52,315 bases of DNA from a virus. Taxonomy: Duplodnaviria > Caudoviricetes. The notes under the pieces are model-generated. The model had not been told where the DNA came from. It searched no databases and worked only from the letters and a program-made list of their open reading frames with translations. Below are positions 9,885 through 19,485 of the stretch, in pieces; position 1 is the stretch's first letter; each line of letters starts with the position of its first letter. A program made the position numbers and the translations under genes. Location of the stretch: positions 1-52,315 of the IMG/VR virus record IMGVR_UViG_3300023435_000020, one strand, 5' to 3'.

Positions 9885-10255
9885 TCAGAGTCAAACTCAA
9901 GGCGTTGTCGCTTAAGCAGCCGTGGGCGTGGGCGATTTTCCACGGCAAGGACGTCGAGAACCGAACGTGGTCGACCCCGTATAGTGGAAAGCTGCTGATC
10001 CACGCGTCCAAGACCGTCGATGAGGCGGGCTATCTGTTTCTCGCAAGCAGAGGCATAGTCCCGCCCCCGAACCTTCCCCGCGGGCAGTTCGTTGGCGAGG
10101 TCAACATGGTGGACTGTCGCAGCGTTGATACCGTGGTGTCGATGTGGGCGTTCGGTCCATACTGCTGGATCTTCGCGAACGCAAAAGAATACGAAAAACC
10201 CTTTATCGGACGTGGGAAACTTGGTATCTTTGAAGTAGTGGTTGACAATGAGTGA
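9881..10255 (+). CDS. ASCH domain protein
   Basis: KALSLKQPWAWAIFHGKDVENRTW...LLIHAS. Confidence 0.9.
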   Translation: MIRVKLKALSLKQPWAWAIFHGKDVENRTWSTPYSGKLLIHASKTVDEAGYLFLASRGIVPPPNLPRGQFVGEVNMVDCRSVDTVVSMWAFGPYCWIFANAKEYEKPFIGRGKLGIFEVVVDNE

Positions 10256-10622
10256 CGCCCCTCCGTTGACTATAAGTGAGGCCGCTTTTCAGCAGCAGTT
10301 CATCGACCTGGCGCACTGGCTGGGCTGGCTGGTCGCACACTTCAGGCCCGCGCGAACTGCAAAGGGGTGGCGCACCCCAGTTGCGGCTGATGGCAAGGGG
10401 TTTCCCGATAATGTGCTCTGTCGCGAGCGAACGATCTACGTCGAACTCAAATGCGGCAGTGGCCGGCCGTCCCCGGAACAGAAAGAATGGATAGCCGGCC
10501 TGAAAGCGGCCGGGGAAGAGGTCTACGTTTGGCGCCCATCCGACTGGGATCTGATGGTTTCTGTTCTGACCAGGAAAGAGGCAGAAAATGACACGAATAC
10601 CGTTTCCACCGTTGGTCGCTGA
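10248..10622 (+). CDS. VRR-NUC domain nuclease
   Basis: SEAAFQ, GFPD, YVELK, SPEQKEW, VWRP. Confidence 0.85.
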   Translation: MSDAPPLTISEAAFQQQFIDLAHWLGWLVAHFRPARTAKGWRTPVAADGKGFPDNVLCRERTIYVELKCGSGRPSPEQKEWIAGLKAAGEEVYVWRPSDWDLMVSVLTRKEAENDTNTVSTVGR

Positions 10623-11079
10623 TGGTGTTTCCGCCGCGGGTGCGCTCGCCACGGAAAGCCGACCTCGGGGTTACGCCATGTCTGCGAGCATCAAGCTCAG
10701 CCACGATGCAGCAGTTGAGAAAGGCATTACTCTCGATGAAGCGGATTGGGCGACAGGTGGATTCGACGATGGCGCGTTAGCCACTGACCAGAAGCTGCTC
10801 TTCGGCATCAAGGCCGAGCTGATCGAGATTGAAGTGTCTCTCGGTGGCGGAACCGCGCCGACGATCACGTTCGGCGAAGACGCGGACAGCGACGCAAACG
10901 CTGACGCGATCACCTTCGCGGACACGTCTGTTGGTCAGCTTATCGTCGTTCGGAGACACATGGACAGCGACGAGCTGAGCTATCCGAACTGCGCGTTTGT
11001 AAGCTGGGCAGACGATGCAATGAATATAGCCGCGACGGCGACGATCCGCATCTACGGTAATTCAGTGGTGGAGGCGTAG
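10588..11079 (+). CDS. Hypothetical acidic beta-rich protein
   Basis: Open frame between VRR-NUC and the phosphoesterase. The start could instead be ATG 10678. Confidence 0.6.
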   Translation: MTRIPFPPLVADGVSAAGALATESRPRGYAMSASIKLSHDAAVEKGITLDEADWATGGFDDGALATDQKLLFGIKAELIEIEVSLGGGTAPTITFGEDADSDANADAITFADTSVGQLIVVRRHMDSDELSYPNCAFVSWADDAMNIAATATIRIYGNSVVEA

Positions 11080-11081
11080 CT

Positions 11082-12992
11082 GTGAGACTGATAAAAGAAG
11101 TCTTTCCCGACAAGTCGCTTCAACCGCCTGGATGCACGTTCGATGCCTATGACTACGCAACATTCGGCAAGGATGTGTCGGATCAGGATGAGGTCGAAGG
11201 CGCGACGTGTCTCAACATTGCGCCGACCGTCGATGGGCGCACAGGCTACGTGAAGCGCTTTTTCTTGCCAACACAAACATTGATGTTCGAGAAAGTGATC
11301 AGGTTTGCTTCGCTTGCGCATGCTGACTCGCCCACTAGCTCAGAGACGTTCCTTGCGTTTTCGTGCCCATACAACGGCGGGCAGACGACTGGATACAAGG
11401 GCATTCTGTTACAGCATGTCGTATCCAGTGACCCGGCGACGTTCAGGCTTCGTTGGGTGCAAAACAACGACAGCGCCTACGTAACGGCGATTACGCACGC
11501 TACTGTATGCGATCTCGATGCCTGGTATCGCGTTCGTGTTTTCGTGGACGTGGCTGCGGCCACATGCAAGCTCCAGGTCGCTGAATGGACTGAAGGCGCG
11601 TGGGTAGACGGCACAGCGGTCACTCACACAGGCACTCCAGGGGATTATGGCGTGCAGCCGTTCAGTGCTGTGTCGTGGATGGCGAAATACGACTCTACTC
11701 AATGCGACGTGGACTTCGCCGATTGCGAAATACGCAGTGATGCGGCCTACGATACCGACCTTCCCGGTGTCTGGAACGTCGAGCCTTACGATCCCGACAC
11801 GTTGAAGGGCACGGGCAAGGTGCTGGTGGTCACTGACCGAGACGACTGCGATGTGACCGTTGAGTATTGCGTCGAGGCCGATACGCCCGCGTGGGATAAG
11901 ACAGCGACCCTGCTATTGAGCGAACTGTCAGACCGAGCGCATCGATTCCAGTTTACGGATCTGGTTCCGGGCGAGAGCTACCTCTATCGAGTCAAGATAG
12001 ACGACGGGGTTCTCGCCGAGACGACGGTTGGGGACGCATCGAACAAGTGGTGTGGCAACGATGCGTGGGGGTTCACGTTCCCAAGCAGCGCCGACGTTCT
12101 CCACATCGGCGGCGCGGCGGACACCCAAGGACTAGCCTATCTGGGCGGGAACGTTGTTGCTGCTCAGGCAAAAGACCTCTACTCTAACAGCCGGATCGGC
12201 AGACCAAGCGTGTTCCTTCACGGCGGCGACAATCATGAGAACATATCAGGCGGGCGCGCTCCGAACACGGCGTATTTGCCGGATTGGTGTGTGCCCGACT
12301 GGGTTGCGGAGATGGAGATCACGCCGTATTCGTGGAAGTTCGTGTGGACTGGTAATCACGATGATGCGGACGGGTCGAGCCACATATATGCCGCCCTGTC
12401 CAGTGCCGACCCAACGGCGAGCGGCTACAAGCGCAACCGGATAGGGCATACAGAGTTGTTCGCGCTGAACTATCCGGGAAGCGGCGCGATACCAGCGGCA
12501 CAACTTGCTTGGCTAGAAGCTGCCCTGGCGGACAGCACGGCCACAACGAAGCTCGTAGGCAACCACGTTCAGTTGTTGGGCACGCCGGCGGACCCGGCGA
12601 CACCGAACAACGAGCCTCCGTCCAATGCATCCGACCTGTTCGACATCTGTATTGCCGCAGGGGTAAAGCTGGTCGTTTGGGCTCATACGCATCGAATCGG
12701 ACTGCACTATTACGAGGGCACGGGTGGAGGTATATGGTGTCTCAACTTGCCGCGACTCGACTTCGGGACGGACGCCAACGCATGGGAAGGATACACCGTC
12801 GAGGACGCGGAGGTTATCGGACAAGAGTTTACTCGGTCGAGCCTTAGTAGTGGCAGCGCGCTCGCTGCCCGTGGTTATGCGAGCATTATGATAAGCCCCA
12901 AAGGAGGGCTGCTCGTGCGAGTATGGCTGATCGATGACCCCGGATCGGCGTATACGCGTCGGCTTGCGGCGCAGGCGTCGATAGGGGCTTAG
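11082..12992 (+). CDS. Purple-acid-phosphatase-like metallophosphoesterase with N-terminal lectin-like and FN3-like regions
   Basis: AADTQ, GGDN, GNHD, GNH and AHTH metal motifs; HRFQFTDLVPGESYLYRV FN3-like strand; LDAWYRVRVFVD ConA/LamG-like strand. Confidence 0.75.
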   Translation: MRLIKEVFPDKSLQPPGCTFDAYDYATFGKDVSDQDEVEGATCLNIAPTVDGRTGYVKRFFLPTQTLMFEKVIRFASLAHADSPTSSETFLAFSCPYNGGQTTGYKGILLQHVVSSDPATFRLRWVQNNDSAYVTAITHATVCDLDAWYRVRVFVDVAAATCKLQVAEWTEGAWVDGTAVTHTGTPGDYGVQPFSAVSWMAKYDSTQCDVDFADCEIRSDAAYDTDLPGVWNVEPYDPDTLKGTGKVLVVTDRDDCDVTVEYCVEADTPAWDKTATLLLSELSDRAHRFQFTDLVPGESYLYRVKIDDGVLAETTVGDASNKWCGNDAWGFTFPSSADVLHIGGAADTQGLAYLGGNVVAAQAKDLYSNSRIGRPSVFLHGGDNHENISGGRAPNTAYLPDWCVPDWVAEMEITPYSWKFVWTGNHDDADGSSHIYAALSSADPTASGYKRNRIGHTELFALNYPGSGAIPAAQLAWLEAALADSTATTKLVGNHVQLLGTPADPATPNNEPPSNASDLFDICIAAGVKLVVWAHTHRIGLHYYEGTGGGIWCLNLPRLDFGTDANAWEGYTVEDAEVIGQEFTRSSLSSGSALAARGYASIMISPKGGLLVRVWLIDDPGSAYTRRLAAQASIGA

Positions 12993-13041
12993 ATCGCGCG
13001 TGAACTACACGGTGAGGGCGCAATAAGGGGGGCAACCACGG

Positions 13042-13686
13042 ATGGGGCGAACAATTCAGGATGCCGAACGGATCAACGAGAAAGTGCGAGCACTGGCCAG
13101 GCGGGTCGTGGAACATCCCGACGACCCGGAAATCGAGCAAGAGTTGTCCGAACTGTGCACGATGCACGGCAGTTGGATTCGCGATCAATTCATCGACTAC
13201 CTGACCGCCGACGACCCCACGTCTTACCCCCAATCCCTACAGGATAAACTCAGGTCTTCGAACCGAACTGTGAGCCCCGAACTGGCGGGGATCTCGGGGC
13301 GCAACCGGATACCCATCCTCAGCCTCGATGCGATCGACGGCGGCAATCAGTATGTCGTGTCGGACGTGTTGGGCACGATCATCCAGTTGGTGCTGGCCGA
13401 CTACCATAGACTGCGCGCCGAAGCGCGATTGAGCGGCATCGAGTGGGATGTATGGTACTACTGGCTCAGGGGCTACCAGGTCGCAAAGATGGCCACCTGG
13501 CTCTGTAAACCCGATGGCCAACTCTACAGGCCCAATAGTGTGCGAAAGATACTGTATCGAGTGTGGGACAAGGTTCAGAAGACACCGTATCTTGCGATCG
13601 TGACCTGCCGCGCGGAGGATCAGACCCGCGGCAAGCATGCCAACCCACCCACGTATGTATCATGGAGCGAGATCACTGACTTGTAG
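13042..13686 (+). CDS. Putative transcription regulator with sigma-region-4/LuxR-like C-terminal HTH
   Basis: LSGIEWDVW...GYQVAKMATWL...SVRKILYR. Last gene of the rightward block. Confidence 0.5.
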   Translation: MGRTIQDAERINEKVRALARRVVEHPDDPEIEQELSELCTMHGSWIRDQFIDYLTADDPTSYPQSLQDKLRSSNRTVSPELAGISGRNRIPILSLDAIDGGNQYVVSDVLGTIIQLVLADYHRLRAEARLSGIEWDVWYYWLRGYQVAKMATWLCKPDGQLYRPNSVRKILYRVWDKVQKTPYLAIVTCRAEDQTRGKHANPPTYVSWSEITDL

Positions 13687-14158
13687 GTTCTTCGACGGTC
13701 GCGTGTGTCTCGATCGTCGCGATGATCTCTTCGACCTGCCCGTCCGTCCAGGTTTCCGGCAGTTCCCCCTCCGGATACGGGACTAACCCCAAGCTCTTGA
13801 TGTAGTCCCAGCGGCCGCGATCGATTGTGATACCTGTCCGACGCTTTATCTCATCCATCACCTCGCTTCGGCGCCATAGTCCGGGTCGGCGCCACCGGAT
13901 CTTTCCGTTCCGCGGCGGCTTTATCTGCTGCGCAATACGTGCCATAATCATTTCCACCTCATCTAACGATAGCCGTGCCTCATACCGGTCTTTCCAACCG
14001 GGCTCGGGTTCGGGCACGATGCCGAGTTGCTGCAAATACCGATATCGGCGCGGCGTGCAATCCCAGCCGAACCGCCGGGTAATTTCCTCCCGGATGTCTC
14101 GCACTCGCCAATAGAGACGCACCCCGAACTGGTTTACCCGCTCGTGAGCTTCAATCAT
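13673..14158 (-). CDS. Protein with two tandem MerR-like winged-HTH repeats
   Basis: YWRVRDIREEITRRFG...YRYLQQLGIVPEPE and LWRRSEVMDEIKRRTG...WDYIKSLGLVPYPE. ATG lies 1 nt after the recombinase stop. Confidence 0.6.
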   Translation of the reverse strand: MIEAHERVNQFGVRLYWRVRDIREEITRRFGWDCTPRRYRYLQQLGIVPEPEPGWKDRYEARLSLDEVEMIMARIAQQIKPPRNGKIRWRRPGLWRRSEVMDEIKRRTGITIDRGRWDYIKSLGLVPYPEGELPETWTDGQVEEIIATIETHATVEEPTSQ

Positions 14159-14159
14159 G

Positions 14160-15062
14160 TCAGAACTCCACGTAGTTGGCCGCGGAACTGTCGAGATCTT
14201 CGCGCGCCCGGTTGTAGCGCTCGGTCGTGCGCGGGTCGGCATGCCCGAGCCAACGCTGAACTGTGTAGATATCGCACCCGCGGCGCAAAAGCTCGGTCGC
14301 GTTGAAATGCCTCAAACTGTGCGGGCTACAACCCTCGATTCCAACTGCATCGAACCGCTGCGTGACGACGTGGTAGATCCCGCGCGTGCCGATCGCCCGC
14401 CCAGTTAGATGATACCCACCGTTGTGTGTGATGCCCTGGAAAACCGGGCAATCATCGCGGAACTGCGCCGCGGCGATCCACTTGCGAACGGACGCGAGCA
14501 CCTTGCTGGGAATCGGGTTGCGTCGACGCTTCGCGCCCTTGCCGTGGATCGTCAAGACCGTGTAGCCCTGATCCTCTGTTATATCCGACAACCGGACACG
14601 GGCGACCTCCTCACATCGCAAGCCCATTGCGGCCATGAGGTGAATCATCGCCCGGTCGCGCATGTCGGGAAGCGTGTCGCCCGAAAGGGATTCAAGCAGC
14701 GTTCCGAACTGCTGAAAACTCGGGGCTTTCGTCGAACTGCCCGACCCGTCGGACTTATGCCCACGGATACCCTCCGTAGGGTTATGTGATATCACACCGT
14801 GCCGGACCGCTTCGACGAACAATTGCCGAAGCGAACTGAGCTTCCGGTTCACACTGGCAGGCGCAAACTGCTCGACCAGATGGGCGCGAAAGCGGTAGAT
14901 GTCCTCCCGCCGAACCGCGGGAAGATCGTCGGACCCAAGCCAGTCAAGGAACTGCCGGATATCCGACCGGTAGGCGCGGGCGGTGTGGCCGGACAATTGC
15001 CCGGCCAACCAATCCGCGGTGAATGTCACGGGCCGAACGTCGGCCCTGCGTGCAAGCTCCAT
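14160..15062 (-). CDS. XerC/D-like tyrosine recombinase (complete)
   Basis: SGHTARAYRSD, PASVNRKLSSLR, GLRCEE, GKG, PHSLRH, LGH, TTERY. ATG 15062 after GGAGG. Confidence 0.93.
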   Translation of the reverse strand: MELARRADVRPVTFTADWLAGQLSGHTARAYRSDIRQFLDWLGSDDLPAVRREDIYRFRAHLVEQFAPASVNRKLSSLRQLFVEAVRHGVISHNPTEGIRGHKSDGSGSSTKAPSFQQFGTLLESLSGDTLPDMRDRAMIHLMAAMGLRCEEVARVRLSDITEDQGYTVLTIHGKGAKRRRNPIPSKVLASVRKWIAAAQFRDDCPVFQGITHNGGYHLTGRAIGTRGIYHVVTQRFDAVGIEGCSPHSLRHFNATELLRRGCDIYTVQRWLGHADPRTTERYNRAREDLDSSAANYVEF

Positions 15063-15084
15063 GTGTTCCTCCGTTCGTGTGTGA

Positions 15085-15108
15085 GATTGTACCGTCGGCA
15101 GTACAACC
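15085..15108. promoter_or_regulatory. Palindromic site TTGTAC-N8-GTACAA, copy A
   Basis: GATTGTACCGTCGGCAGTACAACC, 23/24 identical to 18914-18937. Contains a minus-strand TACAAT. Confidence 0.6.
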
Positions 15109-15450
15109 TTACCTTCTGCCCGCCAGGGCGATAACTGCCTTGACGATCCCCTCCGCGTCATCCGGCGCGTTGGGTCCGTCCATGACCTCATCAACTGATA
15201 CCGCGGCATCCTTCACGCCGCACCCAAACAGGTTAGCGATACCCTGAACTGCCGTACGGCGTTCGGTCGGGTCTATCGTCGGGGCAAGCTCAACTTCCGG
15301 CCCCTCGATAACCTCGAATACCTCATCGGAGTCGGTTTGCACCCGCGCCATGCGCGCGTTGTATTGCCGACTCATCACTTCCAGGGCGATAGCGGCCAAC
15401 ACGACCACTATCCACCCTGCGCACCCTATCAACGCTGTAAATAATATCAT
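15109..15450 (-). CDS. N-terminally membrane-anchored hypothetical protein
   Basis: GGAGG SD, ATGA overlap with the upstream gene, hydrophobic N-terminus. Confidence 0.65.
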   Translation of the reverse strand: MILFTALIGCAGWIVVVLAAIALEVMSRQYNARMARVQTDSDEVFEVIEGPEVELAPTIDPTERRTAVQGIANLFGCGVKDAAVSVDEVMDGPNAPDDAEGIVKAVIALAGRR

Positions 15451-15929
15451 GCCCCACCTCCCTCCGCACCCTCCGCAGGGCGTTCCTTGTCAGTCGCTAT
15501 CCGGCACCATTTCCGCCGTAGTGCATCACAAAAGGCGTACGCCTCACTGGTAGGCCATTCGTCGTGTTCACAGCTCTGGTATTCGTACTTGCCAATGAGA
15601 TCGAACACCATGCCCGGTGTCAAATCTTGGCGGCTGTCGAACTCGAACCCGTATACAAAGTCCTCGCCAATCGGACCGGGCATATCATCGCGCGTGCAAT
15701 CAGGATAGCGATAGAGCACGCTTTTAATGTTCTCTTCCCGGAGCATTTGTCCGAGAGTGGTCGCGGCCTCCATGTCGCCGTCGTGAAGGCTGTTACTGTC
15801 ATACGTTCCCGCGCCACGGTCGATGTTCCAGAGCCAGCGCAGTGCCGCGCTATACGTCCGGCCAGACGAACTCAAAGCCGCCCTAACCAGTGTGTGAATG
15901 TCCTCGCGGTCTACTACATAAGCACTCAT
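15447..15929 (-). CDS. Hypothetical phage protein
   Basis: MSAYVV..., ENIKSVLYRY, YEYQSCE. ATG 15929 after GGAGGG. Confidence 0.7.
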   Translation of the reverse strand: MSAYVVDREDIHTLVRAALSSSGRTYSAALRWLWNIDRGAGTYDSNSLHDGDMEAATTLGQMLREENIKSVLYRYPDCTRDDMPGPIGEDFVYGFEFDSRQDLTPGMVFDLIGKYEYQSCEHDEWPTSEAYAFCDALRRKWCRIATDKERPAEGAEGGGA

Positions 15930-16075
15930 GTCACCCTCCAATCTCTGACTAAATCTCTGATCGTGTCCGCGGCAACGGACGCACACCATGCGATAACCGC
16001 GACTCCTGCGACTATGCACAGGATATTAGTGTAACACTCGATGCGCAAGAGTTCATTTGCGATATGTAGGCTCAT
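15926..16075 (-). CDS. Small single-TM protein (49 aa)
   Basis: Read by hand: MSLHIANELL...ILCIVAGVAVIAWCASVAA. Fills the gap exactly, with an ATGA overlap. Confidence 0.5.
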   Translation of the reverse strand: MSLHIANELLRIECYTNILCIVAGVAVIAWCASVAADTIRDLVRDWRVT

Positions 16076-16076
16076 C

Positions 16077-17576
16077 TTATCCTGCCTCTTGCATGGGCAT
16101 CACGACCGCGAGGTAACCCGGCGCGGATTCGCACGTGACGCTTGCCTGTGAGTACTTGCCCATGAGGTGTAGGTCGGCGGCCGGTGCGTCCTTGACCGGT
16201 CGAAGCGCATCCAACATATACCGGGCGTTGAATGCCAAACTGTCAATGCCCGAACCGGCAAGCACCTTCACCGGTTGCGTGCTTGCGCCAAGTCTTCCCG
16301 ATTCGGCACTCAAGATAAGCTCATCTTCGCGCCGCGTGTATTTGACGCGCCTGGAATCCTCGCCCGCGACCGTATCGAGGTTTTCGAGTGCGGCAATAAG
16401 TTCCGCGGGCCGGACCCGCCAGCATCCGGCGGCAAGTGCACGGTCTGGTATCACCTTATCCACGTTCGGGAACATGCCGTCGATTATGCGCGTGGTCAAC
16501 TCCATGCCGTGCGCCACGAACGTGATAGTGGTCGGCACATCCGAATCGCTCAGTGATGAGAAGTGGATGCCGACCTCATCGTCTTCCTTGACCGCAAGCG
16601 CCTTTGCCAGTTTCGTGAGCGGGAACCCGGGTACTATCACCTGCAAATCCTTCGGGCAGTCCGGGAATACTATGTCCGCGCCAATCAGATCGCATACATG
16701 CACTCGGTGGGCATCCGTTGTGACAAGCCGCATGCCCGGCATGTCGAAGAATACGCCTGTGAGGATTGGGCGCGATTCATCGGGCGATACGGCGGGTAGG
16801 ACCTGCTTCAAGGCCGCCACAAGGCCCGGGAACCGGCCCGTGTCGCCAACTGCGTGCGGATGCTTTACGAACTCCTCCGCAAGCATACCAAGCAGGGAAT
16901 GACGCGCGCCGCCAACTGATACGGTTACCTCGGGCACGCTTCTATCCGGGTCCTGGTATGACGCGATTGTAACCGTGCCGGACTGCTTCCGAAGGATCTT
17001 CGCTAACTCTTTGGCAGGCACGCACACAGGTTCAAACGAGCTTGCCGCACAGGGTATCCGCACGGTCGCGAACTGCTCTAAATCCGTCCGTGACATAACG
17101 AGTTCATCGCCGTCGACGGACAGGTGCACGCTATCGAGTATCGGCAGGTTTGTGCGACCGGTTGCGACTACGGCGTTAAGGCGTGACATGGCGTCGGCAA
17201 TGGTCTTTGCGTGCACGGATACGCCTACCTCGGGGGCATCCAACTCCGACACGTCAAGCGTCTTGCTGGTAGATCGGCGCGCGGGCTTGTCCGGTTCGGT
17301 CGCCAACTGCCGGACCCGGGGCAGTGCTGAAAGCGGAATCCCCAGCAATTCGGCGGCCATGCGGTCGCGTGTCCGTGTCGGGGCCGTCCTTACGGCGAAT
17401 AGAGCCCGCCGGTAGGTTCGGCACATACTGTGCACGAACAATGCCGCGCAGTATGCCATGCGCTTCGACGCCCGCGCAGGGGCCGCGAGTATCCACGCGT
17501 GGATTGCTAGAATCCACTGATACGAAAGTGCGAACTCACATCTCAAGATTGCTTCCGATTGTCTCAACTGTACCAT
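16077..17576 (-). CDS. dnaN: DNA polymerase III beta-clamp paralog with ~115-aa N-terminal extension
   Basis: NLPILDSVHL, RTDLE, DESRPILTGVFF, VTTDAHR, TRIIDGMFPN..KVIP, AFNARYMLDAL, VVMPM. ATG 17576 follows the conserved leader. Confidence 0.85.
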   Translation of the reverse strand: MVQLRQSEAILRCEFALSYQWILAIHAWILAAPARASKRMAYCAALFVHSMCRTYRRALFAVRTAPTRTRDRMAAELLGIPLSALPRVRQLATEPDKPARRSTSKTLDVSELDAPEVGVSVHAKTIADAMSRLNAVVATGRTNLPILDSVHLSVDGDELVMSRTDLEQFATVRIPCAASSFEPVCVPAKELAKILRKQSGTVTIASYQDPDRSVPEVTVSVGGARHSLLGMLAEEFVKHPHAVGDTGRFPGLVAALKQVLPAVSPDESRPILTGVFFDMPGMRLVTTDAHRVHVCDLIGADIVFPDCPKDLQVIVPGFPLTKLAKALAVKEDDEVGIHFSSLSDSDVPTTITFVAHGMELTTRIIDGMFPNVDKVIPDRALAAGCWRVRPAELIAALENLDTVAGEDSRRVKYTRREDELILSAESGRLGASTQPVKVLAGSGIDSLAFNARYMLDALRPVKDAPAADLHLMGKYSQASVTCESAPGYLAVVMPMQEAG

Positions 17577-17641
17577 TTGAATCCTCCGTTTGTGTGTTTG
17601 GCACGCTTTCAAACGCGGCGCGCGCCGGGCCGAAACCGCTT

Positions 17642-17998
17642 CTAGTAGTGGCCTATAGCGTACCAATCGCCGTCTTCATCTTGGGCCGCGCGCCCTTCCG
17701 CGGCATCCGCTTCAAGTTCGTCGGGGCTTGACCCTTCCATATCATAATCGTGCACCTCCGCGGGTATATCGAAGGGGTTGTCAACGCCCTGGACTACCCC
17801 GCCTTGCACCGTTATGACGACACGCGCGTTATCGACCTCCCCGCCGCCTTTCGCTTCGTTCGCGGCAAGTCGAAGGTCGTTAACTGCCCCAGCGAGATCG
17901 CCGGATTCCCAGTTAAGCAGGACCCCGTCCGCCGCTTCTATCAACGCGGCCAATCGTGCATCGGGGTTGTTGGATACGTTTTGCTGATTCATGCTCAT
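17642..17998 (-). CDS. Hypothetical acidic protein
   Basis: GAAAGGAG then ATG. VVITVQGGVVQ...VHDYD motif. Confidence 0.7.
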   Translation of the reverse strand: MSMNQQNVSNNPDARLAALIEAADGVLLNWESGDLAGAVNDLRLAANEAKGGGEVDNARVVITVQGGVVQGVDNPFDIPAEVHDYDMEGSSPDELEADAAEGRAAQDEDGDWYAIGHY

Positions 17999-18005
17999 GC
18001 TCCTT

Positions 18006-18560
18006 TCAAGCAAACTGAACGGTTCGGTAGTCAATCCCGAACTGATCTTTGACATGTGCGAGTGCGGCGACCTTGATATCGACCATGCAAAGGTCGCGCT
18101 TGTCCGCCGTCTCGAAGAAGTTGTAACGTTCGGCCTGCTCGTGCGCCCAACGGTTTGCTTTGATAGAGTCGAACACGTATTCCGAACTGCAAAGGTATTC
18201 GACCTCGCGCCGAACTGCCTTCTCGAAGCACGCCCAGGCGTTCAACTGTACCCCATCCCAGTCCGACACTTCGGGCAACCCCTCAACAATCAGCCAACCG
18301 TCGGAACTGCCCGCCGAATAGACCTTGCCGTCGGGCAGGTAGTGAGTCGCGGTTTCCTGTATATCGCGCCAGAAGTGCTCACAGGATGCTTCAATCGCAA
18401 GTTCCCCTGCCCGTTCCGCGGCCTTCTCACTACATCCGAACTGCGCCATGATATCCTGCGCGGTCGGGAACCGATTGACCTTGACGTTCACCGCTGGGAA
18501 TGCATGCCCGCCGTATCCGACACGGTGATAATCGACATTCGACTTCGTGTGACCCTTCAT
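18006..18560 (-). CDS. Hypothetical phage protein
   Basis: ATG 18560 after the conserved leader. PAVNVKV and GSSDGWLIVEG. Confidence 0.7.
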   Translation of the reverse strand: MKGHTKSNVDYHRVGYGGHAFPAVNVKVNRFPTAQDIMAQFGCSEKAAERAGELAIEASCEHFWRDIQETATHYLPDGKVYSAGSSDGWLIVEGLPEVSDWDGVQLNAWACFEKAVRREVEYLCSSEYVFDSIKANRWAHEQAERYNFFETADKRDLCMVDIKVAALAHVKDQFGIDYRTVQFA

Positions 18561-18594
18561 ACTGATATCCTCCGTTTGTGTGTGTTCGTACTTA

Positions 18595-18888
18595 CTAAAG
18601 GTCTTTCTTGCGCGCAACGTCCGAAGCGGTCGCGTGATATTCGATGCCGGTCCGGTCGGCCCATTGCCACATTGCCTCATGCCCGCCGTTTGGATACTCT
18701 TCAAGGTCGGCAAGATATCCGTTCGCCAGTAACCATGCAGTTGCACTTTGGACGTATTGGTTATCGTATCCATAGGACATTGGCACAGTGTGCACGAGCT
18801 TGCCGTCGATGAGTATGCCGCACGTATGATAGGTGTTCCCGTATGTCCTATCAAACCACCTCCGACCGATAATCGTGAGTGCTTTCAT
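18595..18888 (-). CDS. Hypothetical phage protein
   Basis: ATG 18888 after a leader variant. RRWFDRTYGNTYH...YGYDNQY. Confidence 0.7.
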   Translation of the reverse strand: MKALTIIGRRWFDRTYGNTYHTCGILIDGKLVHTVPMSYGYDNQYVQSATAWLLANGYLADLEEYPNGGHEAMWQWADRTGIEYHATASDVARKKDL

Positions 18889-18913
18889 CGTTTCAAATCC
18901 TCCGTTTTGTGAT

Positions 18914-18957
18914 GATTGTACCGTTGGCAGTACAACCGGCGTCCTGGTAGCTACCAG
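18914..18957. promoter_or_regulatory. Palindromic site TTGTAC-N8-GTACAA, copy B, plus adjacent 14-bp perfect palindrome
   Basis: GATTGTACCGTTGGCAGTACAACC at 18914-18937 and CTGGTAGCTACCAG at 18944-18957. Confidence 0.6.
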
Positions 18958-19010
18958 CGTGCCATGCCCGTGCACGGTAGCATCCGCCATGCACGGACTC
19001 GCAAGCCGGA

Positions 19011-19400
19011 TTAACTGAAGTACGACTTGCCGCAATCCGCCGAACATACCAGTTGACCGTTGATATCCGGCTTGAATGTCGTACCGCACCATGCACACTC
19101 GCGCGGTTCCCGCCATGCGTTCGGGCATCCTGTTTCGTGACACTTCACACCATTGATGTAAAGCAATTCGCATTGATCGCATGTCCGTTCGGCAAGCAAT
19201 TCTGCGCCGTACGAAGTCAAGCTCATATAGTCGTGTTCGCACCCACACGAGTCACATGCCGGGTAGCAATCGGCTTCTGCCGAAGCGAACACTGATGACA
19301 CTTCTTCTAAATCGACTGTGATACCCTCGGGCAAGCAATCGGCATCCGCACAGTAGATCGCTCCGCCATAAGCTACTGCCTCAAAGTCAAACGCATGCAT
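19011..19400 (-). CDS. Cys-rich multi-zinc-ribbon hypothetical protein
   Basis: CDSC, CDQC...CHETGC, CAWC...CSADC. ATG 19400 after the conserved leader. Confidence 0.7.
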   Translation of the reverse strand: MHAFDFEAVAYGGAIYCADADCLPEGITVDLEEVSSVFASAEADCYPACDSCGCEHDYMSLTSYGAELLAERTCDQCELLYINGVKCHETGCPNAWREPRECAWCGTTFKPDINGQLVCSADCGKSYFS

Positions 19401-19485
19401 TGTCTTGGATCCTCCGTTTGTGTGTATTAGGGCTTGATACCCTACCCTTGCCCGTTCGGGATTCCAAACGGGCAATCGTAGACCA

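Noticed and set aside
17991-18812. 273-aa plus-strand ORF
   Set aside because: It is antisense to two minus-strand genes that have conserved leaders and plausible motifs.
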